Positions 36,364 through 47,596 of a stretch of 64,000 bases of DNA are shown in pieces. Below the pieces are notes generated by a model. The model did not search any database. It was not told the DNA's origin and saw only the letters and a program-made list of their open reading frames with translations. The DNA is taken from NCBI RefSeq assembly GCF_041956535.1, contig NW_027192202.1, positions 459,474 through 523,473 of the forward strand, written 5' to 3'. Each line of letters begins with the position of its first letter. The stretch's first letter is position 1. Origin of the DNA: Calcarisporiella thermophila CBS 279.70. Lineage: Eukaryota > Fungi > Calcarisporiellomycota. Made by a program: the position numbers and the translations under genes.

Positions 36364-37057
36364 TCATCTAAATGCGGCGGAAGCGGGGAGCTCGTTTGGA
36401 GGGATGAAGATACTGGCCGCGGGCTCTGCAGCTTTCGGAGGCTTCGTTGGCTCGTCTATACAATAGAAAAGGAAGGATCAGTCAGTGAACTGGCGTCTCT
36501 AGCGTCCACTAGAAGAGCAAATCACCAAAAAATTGCAGCTCAGCTTTGCAGGTCGGACAACAGCTCGACTGTTTCCCCACGAACCACTGGTCAATGCAGT
36601 CAACATGGAACTCGTGCTGGCAATCCAACCGCCGTACCAGCTCGCCCTCTCCTACCACCTCTAGACATATCGGGCACACGTCTTCCGGTTCATCCTTGGC
36701 CGAACTGGCCGATGAATTGGAGACGGCTTCTGCGCCCTGACTTTCAAAGGATGAATGCGGACCCGATTTGCTTCGTGAGTGAGGGTGAGCGGGAAAACGG
36801 CTCTCGATGTATTCGATGCTGACGGAAGGAACGGGGTGCAAATCACATCTAGTGAGCGGGAGATCCGAGCTGTAAGAAGACCGCGAGCAAATCCGCGCTC
36901 TGCATAGAATGCTAACCCAAGATCGCAGAGAGTATTAGATCGATCAAATAAATGCGCTCGTTGCGGCGAAACCTTACCACCCTATAAAAATGAGTTTGAC
37001 CAGCACTGCTACCGCAATCAATGTAATGTATATCGCTTTGAAATCATTCTCGCCCAT
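36364..37057 (-). CDS. Single-pass transmembrane RING-H2 E3 ubiquitin ligase (ATL-like architecture), 3 exons
   Basis: ATG at 37057 gives MGENDFKAIYITLIAVAVLVKLIFIG (TM). A GTAAGG intron splices in frame to CPICLEVVGEGELVRRLDCQHEFHVDCIDQWFVGKQSSCCPTCK. Last exon ends AAFR* (TGA 36364-36366). Confidence 0.8.
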
Positions 37058-37709
37058 GGTTTGAGCAGAACCTGTTTAGGGACTACCTAACAATCGATCG
37101 AAGGATATTAAATGAGATTTTGCTCAGGGCGTTTGATTGGAATATTTACAAAGCCATTTTGATGCCAATTCAAGCCTCCTATTGGACGATGCTGACTACC
37201 CGAAATATCCATATCTTTATATTGGCTGTGAAGCTCAGTATGCAGCCGAGGCTGCAGGCTCAGTGGTTTTTTCCGCTTCCTAGCATGAGGTGCAGCCGAC
37301 GGCCTGATCCATTTCCCGGAATTCACCAAAGCATTCCAACACCTCATCGGTATGGTCCTCAGCGAGGACATATTTGCTTACTTCCCTACCCCTATTTGTG
37401 TCCATTCATCTATCGGCCCATTTTGATGCCAAAAGCAAAGAGCACTATTACCATGTTCTGGCTTAGTTACACCATTTAAGTTGTTTTCCTACATTGGAGA
37501 GTGAAATAGATGTAGAAGAGCTTTTCAGTCCACCATGTCTCCATTTAGATTGAAAGGGCAATATATTTGTACAGGAAAAAAAAAAGGCTACAGGGCAGAA
37601 ATAGGCGGATATAATAAGGTGCCGTATAAGATAAGTTATCGAGGGGAAGTAGAAAGAATTAAATTAAGAGAAACCGAAAAAAAGAACCAGCTTTTTTTCC
37701 CCAAGACGT

Positions 37710-38693
37710 TTAGTTCTTTCCTTCATCCTTGCTCGCCACGAACTCATCTGTTTCCTGGACTTGGCCACCAGCAGGGACGGAAGTTTGAGGAGATTGTGCG
37801 GCAGGCGATTGGGTCGAGTCGGAACCATAGAGATTTTCAGCGGTCTGAGGAGCTGCAGCAGGGGGAGCTTGCTCCTGTTGTTGCTGCTTCTGGTCCTCGG
37901 ACTCTTTCTTCTTGTCGTTCTTCTTCTTACCTTCGTCCTTCTTTTCGGACTTTTGCTGCTCCTGCTGCTGCTGCTGCTCTTGAGGTTGGGCCTGGGTATT
38001 GTCCTGAATCTGTGTTTGGGTTGCGTCCTGATTCACAGCCGACGGGTTCTCGGTTGTGGTGTTGTTACCCTGGCCATTGTTTTCCACAGCTTGCCCGTCT
38101 TTCTTCTCGCCTTCGTTTTGACCCTTCTTCTCCTCGTTCATGTTCTTCTCATTCTTCTTGTCCTTGCCCTTGCCCTTGCCCTTGTTCTTACCCTTGCCGT
38201 GCTTCTTCTTTCCCTTCTTGCGATTCTTCTTCTCGCAGCCCTCCTCTTTGCTCTTGCCCTTAGACTTGCGCATTTCTTCAATCATTTCAAGCAGCTTCTT
38301 GCCCTTCTCTTCCCCAACCGTGGCCTTCACCTCCTCGGCCATAGCGTCGAAGGAATCTTTCTTGCCAGACTCGGCTTGCACCTTGTTCTCCTTCGACTCT
38401 GCCTTTTCGTTCTTCTTGGACTCCTTATTCTCGGACTCCTTCTTTCCCGACTCCTTCTTCTCGGACTCCTTCTTCTCGGGCGATTGAGCAGTGGGGTCCG
38501 TTGGGGTCTGAGTGGCATTTTGAGGGACCTGAGATAGCTGCACTTCGTTCTGCTGCTTCTGAACCTCGAATTCACCATCTCGACGCAAAAGGCCGCCAGT
38601 CAGCTGCTGGTGCTGCTGCTGCTGATAGATGGGGGCGGCAATGGCGCCGGAGGACAGGAACACAACAAAAGAGATGAGAGGAATGAAACGCAT
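37710..38693 (-). CDS. Secreted K/E/Q-rich low-complexity protein with putative Kex2 pro-peptide
   Basis: Signal peptide MRFIPLISFVVFLSSGAIA|AP, then LLRR|, KKESE repeats and a polybasic GK tract. Intronless. Confidence 0.8.
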   Translation of the reverse strand: MRFIPLISFVVFLSSGAIAAPIYQQQQHQQLTGGLLRRDGEFEVQKQQNEVQLSQVPQNATQTPTDPTAQSPEKKESEKKESGKKESENKESKKNEKAESKENKVQAESGKKDSFDAMAEEVKATVGEEKGKKLLEMIEEMRKSKGKSKEEGCEKKNRKKGKKKHGKGKNKGKGKGKDKKNEKNMNEEKKGQNEGEKKDGQAVENNGQGNNTTTENPSAVNQDATQTQIQDNTQAQPQEQQQQQEQQKSEKKDEGKKKNDKKKESEDQKQQQQEQAPPAAAPQTAENLYGSDSTQSPAAQSPQTSVPAGGQVQETDEFVASKDEGKN

Positions 38694-39609
38694 GATGAAA
38701 AATGGATAGGATGATAGAGGCAATGAAAATAACTATGCGACACTTCACAGAAGTTCACAGAAACCGTGGAGGGAAATGAAATAAAGAGTGAGTAGTGAGA
38801 TAAATAGAGAAGACCGGAGAACTAGCTCGACGGTTGATGGGAATAATCAAAGTGCAAAAAAAAAAGAGGGGATGAAAGAAATGAAAAAAGGTCGAGAGAA
38901 ATGGAAAGCGCGGAAACAAGGAGGGCAGGCCTTTATAGAGGAGCAGTGGCAAGGTTTAATTGTTGGTAGCGCAAGCTTCGAGATCGGACTTGCTACCACG
39001 TCTGAGTTAGTGGGTGACCCACCCATTCCGCAGCAAAGTAACAGCCAAACGTCGCGGCTGAGTGGTGGAGGCTTTATTGGGATTATCTAAAAATCAATGG
39101 CACCTGGCAGTTGGAATGACCACTTTTATTGACCTGACTCGGCCACAAATGATCAGCGCGCTCGTTCTCATTTGCGGGTGCCTGCATTTGGCTGATTTCT
39201 TACCAAGCCCCTGAGCGTGGCCAGTGTCCCAGCCCCGCTGCCCTCATTCGTCCGCCTTAGTCATAGTGCGACACACAATAATTACTCGAATTCTTGCTTT
39301 CTGGAAACTGCAAGCTGGGTCGAGACACATGTGGATTCGCCCTGAATCAAGGCCCCCCCTCCTCCTCCTCCTTAAAAGAGCATAGTCGTCAACAAACACA
39401 AATATAAGCGCCGCATTTTTTATTCAGAGTTTGGTTTAGTAGGTGAGTGAGGATCCAGTGGTGGCACACAGGAGTCGATCCAATGGGGATGGCAGCAATC
39501 ACGGTAAAGATAAATGGGAATAGCAGTAATAAATAATAACATAAGAGGAATAGCATTTATATACATGGAAAGTTGGTCGCGACCGACGTCACAGAGCGAG
39601 GCAAAGTGT

Positions 39610-40524
39610 CTAATATCTCGCCCTCTTTGCAAACGGCCCCTCCACTTCCTCCTTCTCCTCCTCCTCCTCCTCCTCCTCCTCCTCTCCGTCTCCAGCTGGT
39701 GAAACTCGTGCTGTTTCGAATGCACCCCACCCTTTCTCAGTTCCTGGCCCTCCCCGTGGGCTCGGACCGGGTGAGTCCGAGACCGAGGCCAGTGAAGTGG
39801 AGGAGAGCGCGGTATTGCCGCCAAAATCGAAAGTGCTCGGTGCGGAGAGCTGGCCCGCGGGGAGAATCCATTCGTCTATCAGGTAGGTCCGTCTTGCCGC
39901 GCGTAGATTCTCCTCTAGGTGCTGTAGTCGTTCGCACATGGCACTAATCTTTTGAGTGAAGGTCTCCATGAATCCTTCAAGCTCGCTGTCCTCCTCGTTT
40001 GTGCCCACCTGCGGCACTCGAACATAATGGCATTCGTGGCCGGAGCGGGCGCAGCGATGGCAGGATGGATATTCAAAATCGCATTTGACTTTGCGTGCCC
40101 GACAACGCTGGCAAGCACGAGTGGAGAACTTGCCGCCGGGGAGAAGGGCGCGTTGGGAGGGTGAAACGGACGACGCTGCCGGGGTCTCGGTGATCGAAAG
40201 ATCGGCCGGAGTTGGGGTTGAGGCTGGAGTGGACCAGGGGTTGGAGGCCGAAGCGGAAGCGGCGGGGAGCGGAGGATAGGCATATTTTATGGGCGAAAAG
40301 AAGAAGGTGCTGGTAGCGGGGAAGAGGGTTGATTCTCCAAACTCACTCAGCACATTGCTTGCGCTGTGGGTGGTGTTGGAAAGCGTGGGGGTGGACTCTT
40401 CGGACACGGGAGGCGTCACTCCACACATCTCGGGCAAGAAAATGAATGCAGTCGAGTCAGCCGTTGACAATTCCGTGTCGAGATGTCCATTCATCGATGG
40501 ATTCATGTTTAGTTGGGAGCTCAT
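39610..40524 (-). CDS. Zn(II)2Cys6 binuclear-cluster transcription factor
   Basis: RACQRCRARKVKCDFEYPSCHRCARSGHECHY, then a coiled coil (ISAMCERLQHLEENL), a poly-Glu tract and a terminal KRAR. Confidence 0.9.
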   Translation of the reverse strand: MSSQLNMNPSMNGHLDTELSTADSTAFIFLPEMCGVTPPVSEESTPTLSNTTHSASNVLSEFGESTLFPATSTFFFSPIKYAYPPLPAASASASNPWSTPASTPTPADLSITETPAASSVSPSQRALLPGGKFSTRACQRCRARKVKCDFEYPSCHRCARSGHECHYVRVPQVGTNEEDSELEGFMETFTQKISAMCERLQHLEENLRAARRTYLIDEWILPAGQLSAPSTFDFGGNTALSSTSLASVSDSPGPSPRGGPGTEKGWGAFETARVSPAGDGEEEEEEEEEEKEEVEGPFAKRARY

Positions 40525-42868
40525 CCCTCACCTCTATCGTTGGTTTCCAGAGAATGGGCAAGGGATTAGGCGGAGGATGAGAGGGTAAAAGCAAACCAGC
40601 AACAAATAAACGCGGCAGTGGCATAAATCCTATGCACCGAGCCCGCGACCGCGCGATTGAGTAGCAGTCACATTTGCCACTTGATTTCGTATGCTTGGTC
40701 ACAAGAAAATTTAAATTCAATTCCACACCTTTTTCGCTGCGAGAAGATCGGATTTCGGGTTGGGAGGCCTCGGCAACCCCCTCAAACGGAAGTTGCTCCC
40801 GCAAATCCGGGAGAGGGGGAGAAGGGTCAATCCAGATCACTAGGCTCTGGAAGCAAGCCATTTCACCAAATATGCCGGGCTAGGCTCTTTGCCATCCTTC
40901 ACGCCTACAGCCGAGAAAACTCTTCCCTTTTCTTTTTGAGGTTGCATTAAGGAGAAGATCCTATGTGACCATTCCCTCCCATTGGAGTGGGAACTCTTCA
41001 GTATTTCCAAAAAGACCATGGAATCTTCTTAAAAAACAAGTCCCGCTCTTGACACACCAAATAGAATTGTTCTACAGGATTGTTTTGGAAGATATATCGG
41101 AGGGTGGAAGGGGGCCCATCCGAAAGAAGTCCGAGCTGGTTATGGGCACTAGGTAGTAGTCCAAGACGGCGGTGGGAACAATAGCTACATTTATTAGCGA
41201 AAACTTTGCACAGCGAGTAGAGGAGATCAAAGGTTCGTATATGCTTGGTCACTCAGGAAGCACGTACGAATCGATCCTCAGTGGTAGAGTTGCCTAGTTT
41301 TCTCTGGATCCTGAGAAAAAGGCAGAGAGCAAGCAATCCCAAATTATTTGAATTTCCCAACTCATGTAGAAGCCAAACACTTGAGTATTGGGCCTTATGG
41401 CAAATGCCAACTATGAGAAACGAAAATGATCCCTCCTCACATTATATTGGTTCGTAGAGCAATTCAGGAGAAGAGTCCCGATCAATGTAGCCTTTGTTTA
41501 CGCCTACCCATTACTGTTTCCACCATGCCCATGTGGTTTCCTTCCAGAATTTTTTCTCCCTCTCTGTTGACTTCATCTCTCGGGTGTTTGTTAATCGATG
41601 TGCCGTCTGAAATTCATACATATTACGCGTTTTCCCGCAATAATAGCCGTGTATATTAGACGGAATCCCGCCAAACAGGTTGTTCTCTGGGAGCTAGGCT
41701 ATGAGTGGGAATATGTGATAAAAAGCGCGCCGTTGGTCACTATGCGACTCCCTGCTCTGTATTACACGGGGAACTTCTCCCGGCCTGACCTGCTCCCCAT
41801 CCATCCTTGGTGGTGCCATCGCTTCAGCAGATTCGAGGCCCACCTCACTAGGATGGCTAAGCTTTTCCAATATTGGCTGTTGCTCTTTCCATCTTCATGA
41901 TAAGAAAAAAAAATATGTCAATTTCTTCCCTATAAGCCACCCTATGGCAACTAATTAGGCCCACGAATTAGGGTGAAAATATACAAAAAGTCCAAGCGTT
42001 GATGAGAAAAATGGAAGCGATTCGTGTTTCGTTTAAGACAGGCTATTTTCTTGAAGTGAATCAGGCCGATGACGACACCAGCTAAAAGAAAGAAAATTGA
42101 GCCGAAAAATTAAACAAAAAGGAGAGCACGGCCCAATGGTTCTAAGAATTTCAAAGCTACAATGGAAGGAGGGGGAGCACAGGCATTCGCTCTTTGGTTA
42201 AAGTATCACCCGCTCGCTAATTGGTTTTAGACTTTGGTAGCTCCCTTCTCAAGACTTGGCGAATCTGAGGGGCCCGTCCTCCCGACTTCATATGGATACC
42301 ATCCGAGCATCCGAGTGTGTCGCCTAGAGGAAGCACGAGCCCTGTTTTCCAACCTCAGGCAATTTTCGTTGTGTGCTTAGATTCTCTCCCGGTCCCTTTA
42401 TCTTTCATCACCGTGAATCTACTTCCCCGACCGTTCGGAGTTTTTAATTCCCCCTTACTCACCAAGATCGTTCCGGATATCCTCATGCAGGACCAAATTT
42501 AATTAAACTTTCATTGGCGTTCATTTTCATTTAATAATAATATTAATAAAATCGATTTCCATTATCATCATGTCATGATAGCCATCTAATCATCTAATTT
42601 AATTGATTTTGTCAGGAGGAGGAACTCTGTCCATGATCGCCGCAAGGGAGGTCTCTCCATAGCATACGACGTGGAAACCATACTTCCAGTATCGGGCGGG
42701 AAAAAAAAAACAAGGAATTCAAAGTACAAGGATAAAAACAACATCATAGAGCCAAAGGCGGGTGGGATTAAATAGTAAGAGTATTAAATAATATGGGAAA
42801 AAGACAAAGAAAATAATTACAAGTTACAGTGAAAAATCAAAGATGAAAAGAAGAACATAACAGTCGAA

Positions 42869-44211
42869 TTATGCACTCCATTCGGTGGGGGGCTTCCATT
42901 GCCGAAGATCCACGTCCGACATCGATTCACTCAACGATCCTCCAAGACTCGGACGCCGCTCCCCAACCGAGGGGATGGCAATGGACAGAGGGGCGTCCTC
43001 AATCGTGGCCTCTCTTAACTCCAACTCCTCGATCTCATCTGTCTCATTGTTTTTTCTCATCGAGGACAACACGTCTTTGCCCTGGAAGGCCTTCATGGAC
43101 AGCGTTTCCGCCCCATGATTGGAAACAAAGCCCGTCCCACTCGTATTCGTATTCACTTCGTCCCGCTTTTTGCGCCTAAGGCACGGGAAAATACATTCGA
43201 AAAAGCGTGCCGTGGTGCCAAACACTATGAAAAGGCCGATGCCGGCGGTTGGGCCCGAGAATTCATCCAGGCCAGGTTCACTTGGCTTTTCGTTGCTGCT
43301 TGGATTCTCACTCCATACGACGATGGTAGAAACTAATGAAAAAAAAAACAAGTGGACATCTAGTCAGTGATCTCGCCCCATGCACATCGGGTGGGCAGGA
43401 AAATGGCTTACTGTTAGCAAGGATGATAACCACGCCGTAGATGATACAGAACACTATCATACGAATGCAAAGACTGGCAATGAAAATAAAAGGTCTTAAT
43501 ACGCGGATGAAGGCATTGATTAGCAAGCTCTAAAACCAAATACCTCTTCTTGATCCGCGTCTGGTTCGCATTATCCCTTCTTACTCGATTTAATGAGCTT
43601 GTTTTGCTCCGGGTTGATTTGAGAAAAGTGACTCGGTGCCGAATCACAATATAGGCACAAATCACGGCGAAGCCCACGCCCGGGACCGCGCTGATGATGG
43701 AGGGGAACATGGTGGTCGGCACTCTTACTGAATTGTCAACGGTGCAAAAGAAAATCATGGGCCCCGTACCAAAACCGGGGCGATTACGTAGGATAATCAG
43801 AGCCACCAGCTCAATCAAAAGCGGGAGCCCAAACGTTATAAAAGCGAACCAGTGCCATAATTCTCGATCACTGCGCGAGAGGCGCCTTGTGATTATCAGC
43901 CAGAGATTCAGCCCGACGCCAAAAGCTCCAAAGCTGGCCGCGTTATGGAAGTAATCCTCGAGGTACGCTTGCACTGCGCAAAGGGGAGTGCCCGCCAGCG
44001 GCTGGATGTTGTTGCCGTAGGGCAAGACGGTTAAGAGTTCCACCACAGCAAGGAGCATGGTGGAGACCATGACACAAATTAAGCTCGGGCTAGTGTGCCG
44101 CATTATGAGACTCACAAGGAGGTAGGCGCTGACCAAAAATGAGAGGCATTGGAGGGCAATATAGAGTTGGAGTATAGGTGGATATTCAGCCATTGTGTTG
44201 TATGAAGACAC
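42869..44211 (-). CDS. Seven-transmembrane GPCR-like protein (cAMP-receptor/Git3-like class), 3 exons
   Basis: Five TM helices in exon 1, with CAVQAYLEDYFHNAASF..VGLNLW at TM3 and a Cys in ECL2 (FFCTV). TM6 is LCIRMIVFCIIYG, TM7 is GIGLFIVFGTT, followed by a Ser-rich tail. Confidence 0.75.
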
Positions 44212-45100
44212 ATAGGGGGAAAAGAGGAGAGAGGAGGGGGGAATGCGTTGTCTAGATGCTTCAGGGGTGTATCCCTACAGCAGCCGGTTAAACTCACTTG
44301 CAAGCAAACAAGCAGTAAGGGAAGGGGGGAGAGGGGGAGAGAGAAAGGTAAGCAATGGGGGATTTTCTCTTGTTAGTATGAGGGGGAATGGAGAGCTTGG
44401 GCAACTAGGCAAGGGTGCGAAAACAGAATGATTGAATCCCAAGCCAAAAAATAAAGGGTTCAGGAATAAATAGGAGGACTATAGGGAAGAGCCAAACAAC
44501 TATCCGATCGGAAAAGAGGCGTTTGGATTTGTTGTCTCTGATTCGGGGATCGAGTGATGTTGCACACCATTGGCAGGTGAAACACGGTTGATTTTGCTGT
44601 AATTTCGGAAGAGGAGAGGTCTGGTACTTTTTCAATCCTTCTCTTGACTGAGTCAGCCTATGTTTAGGATGCGCTAGGCACAGGGTGCGATCCCAGGGGA
44701 AGCCTTTTGGCTGCTACGCTATGACAACCGCATCTGCTCGCCTAGTGTGCCCGAGCAGGTCATGAGCCTTGCTTGCACCGTTCCCATGATCGGTTTGACC
44801 ATAGAGCAGAGTGATTTGCGTTTGTTCTCTTTCACAGGGCAAGACTTGGACTGTGTACCAAGAGGTGTATTTGGCTCAAATGTTCTACGAAGAGATAAAC
44901 AATTTTTTCTTCGGTGCAACGGGTTGGAGGATCGGGGGGGGGGGGGATAGGCAAGAAAATTTAGTATAGGATGTGGACAAAGGTTGCGCAAACGTAATAT
45001 AATTTCCATTTGGTAAATAGCGGTTTTGCTCGTATCTAAGAGATGCGAGACATTCTAATGATATTAATAAATTTCGTAATCAATAGAGTAAGCAAGTGGA

Positions 45101-45762
45101 CTATCCCGATTCAGGCTGCCTAATAGCAGCCAAAGCCTTCGAGGGTGGCTCTACCCCCCATTCCCTCGCCCGTTCCTGGACATCCATTAAAACATTCTCC
45201 ACTCGGACTCGGTCGGTCACGCTGATCGAGGCAGTGCTTGCCATCTTTCGCAGAATATGTGTCCACGCAAGGTCCAATTCTCGTAATGCATGCTGAATCT
45301 GTGCACTCTCTTGCTCTGGGAGGGCTCTAGGGGGGTGCTGTCGTAGTGCGGGGAAGAAGCTGGGGATATAGTCGGTGAGGATGTCCGAGGTGAGATTGAG
45401 AAGCAGTTGCACGGCAACGGGAACTGAGGGGAGAGAGAGAATCGTGACGAATATTTGATGGATATCATGCCATAGAGCATCGAGATCTTTGTAGTAATTC
45501 TCTGTATCATCCCCAGGGATCCGCCATAAACTGCGATGGAAGCACGAGCAGTGCATGCAAAATATAAAAAAGTCGCAGGGATACTGGTATTAAAATCTGG
45601 AATCACATCAAGAATGTCCTAATAATCAAACCTCATGCGAACTCTTCTTGTGACAAGCAGTATTGCATCCTCCAGATGAGTTATGGCTTCTCGCTCTGTT
45701 TGACGCGAGCCTTGATCGAGAATATCCGCAATGCTTCTCTCATTCAAATTCGCACCCGTCAT
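45101..45762 (-). CDS. Tfb6-like (TFIIH-associated) protein, 2 exons
   Basis: Spliced product has HLEDAILLVTRR, YKDLDALWHDI, LLLNLTSDILTDYIPSF, LRELDLAW and ISVTDRVRV, matching the recalled order of Tfb6-family motifs. Confidence 0.55.
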
Positions 45763-45849
45763 TATATTTGTGACAAGTGGCAAAGTCAATTGAAATGAAA
45801 AATTGGGTAGCCAAAAAATTCACGTCACGTCAGGGCAGTTAACATTCCC
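45763..45849. promoter_or_regulatory. 87-bp bidirectional promoter with overlapping CRE/ATF-like TGACGT sites
   Basis: Divergent ATGs at 45762 and 45850, with CACGTCACGTCA at 45821-45832. Confidence 0.55.
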
Positions 45850-46591
45850 ATGACAACTCCATTAGAAGAGTACAAAATTAAGAATGCACCGCCGAATCTC
45901 TACTACATCCCGGACATAATCACGCCACAAGAAGAGGAATATATCCTCTCCAAAGTAAGTCCTGGTTTAATTACAAAGCATGGTTGGTGGTCCTTAACAA
46001 GCTTTCAAGCAGGTCTACACCGCCCCTAGGCCAAAATGGGTTGTGCTCAAAAATCGTCGACTCCAAAACTGGGGAGGTGTCCCCAGCGATAAAGGAATGT
46101 TCCAACAGCCGCTCCCCACATGGCTAACCTCCATTCCCTTTGCGAAATTCCGTCAGCTCGGAATATTCCTCGATCCTCCCCCTACAAACACTCCATTTGA
46201 TCCAAACCATGTATTGGTGAACGAATATCTTGCGGGACAAGGAATCATGCCTCATGAGGATGGCCCGATCTATTTTCCAACTGTCGCCACCATTTCCTTG
46301 GGATCGCATACCGTGCTCAACTTTTATCGTAGAGGAGAGACCACTCCCATTTTCTGTCTGTATCAGGAGCCGCGCTCTCTACTTGTGCTGAAGGAGGATA
46401 TGTATAAGGAGTATTTGCATGGGATCGAGGAGCTGATGGTGGACAATCTTTCAACTCCCCCCGCCACTATCCTAAATCCTGAGCGATTGCCACCTGGCGT
46501 GGATGAACGGAGAGAACTAAGACGCACCAGCCGAGTTTCGCTCACCTATCGTAAAGTGACCCGAGTGGCCAAGACTAAACTATTCCGATAG
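45850..46591 (+). CDS. ALKBH6: AlkB homolog 6-like 2OG-Fe(II) dioxygenase, 2 exons
   Basis: YYIPDIITPQEEE, LKNRRLQNWGG, NHVLVNEYLAGQGIMPHEDGP, YLHGI and RVSLTYR, giving the HxD...H...R triad. Confidence 0.9.
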
Positions 46592-46932
46592 GTTCCATAG
46601 GCTAGACTCGTTTTATTTTATATTTTCTCTATTGGTTGTTCCCCCTTACTTTTTGCTTTTCCAATGTAAGATTTGTCACGGAGAAAGAGTTCATTAAGAT
46701 AACAGGAGACAGTGAAAAAAAAAGCAGATTTTTACAGATTATACAGTAAAAAGTAAAGAAAGCAAATACAAGTGCGCTCTACCTGATATATGTATATATA
46801 CAAGCCAAACAAGTTTGTGCGGGGGATATGTCCCAATATTACGATGCTTACACTTACATCCTTAGGATTTTAAGGCTTCGGCTTGTCTGTTTCTGAGTTG
46901 AGTGATATATGAGAAGTGGGAAACCATGGTCT

Positions 46933-47433
46933 CTAATGTAATCTGGGAGGCCTACCTTTATCGCCCGAGAGCGAAGTGATGGCGTTCTTAATCTCCTCCT
47001 TCATTTTTTTGTCAAAATTCTCAGAATCGAGTAGAGAAGTGGTCAGCCTGAGCGCAGAGTCATAAATATGGCTCCTTTCGAAGTAATAAAATAAATATCG
47101 AAGTTGAACATTTCCCTTAAAGCAATACAAGACAACCAACCGGTCGACATGCTTCAGCATGGTGATATGAAATTCAGCAGGATTCATGTCAAGCAGAGCG
47201 GGATCATTCTTGATGGCATCTTGAACAAGCTCTTTCAACTCTTGTATGATTTCCTCGCCTTTTTTCTTCACGGTTCCCAAAAAAAAATAATGATTCAAAA
47301 TGGATGAGTTAGGATTGGAGAATGATGGAATTCTTACATGATGCTTGAACTCCTCAAGTAGCAGCGTCCGAAACTCGTCAAACTTTCCCTCCCGTTTGAG
47401 CTGGAGAATTAGCTGGTCCTCGGTCAATACCAT
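46933..47433 (-). CDS. COMPASS Shg1/BOD1-domain protein, 3 exons
   Basis: N-terminal LILQLKREGKFDEFRTLL matches the Shg1/BOD1 motif (xKxxGxFDxxR). Two short in-frame introns inflate the listed ORF. Confidence 0.65.
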   Translation of the reverse strand: MVLTEDQLILQLKREGKFDEFRTLLLEEFKHHVRIPSFSNPNSSILNHYFFLGTVKKKGEEIIQELKELVQDAIKNDPALLDMNPAEFHITMLKHVDRLVVLYCFKGNVQLRYLFYYFERSHIYDSALRLTTSLLDSENFDKKMKEEIKNAITSLSGDKGRPPRLH

Positions 47434-47596
47434 GATTTTTATTTTAGGACCAGAGACAAGGCCCAATCTGCCGTGACTGCCAAGGAAAAGAAAAAAGGAA
47501 TGGGTGACGTGCTAAATGGGAGCGTATAAGGCAAAACGCGAAGAAGAGGTCATCATTTCTTCTCTCTTCCCTAAAACTCTACAGTTTGATAGTGGA

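Noticed and set aside
37535-38537. Leu-rich and Ser/Cys-Pro-rich plus-strand ORFs resembling membrane proteins
   Set aside because: Antisense of the Lys/Glu/Gln-rich secreted gene.
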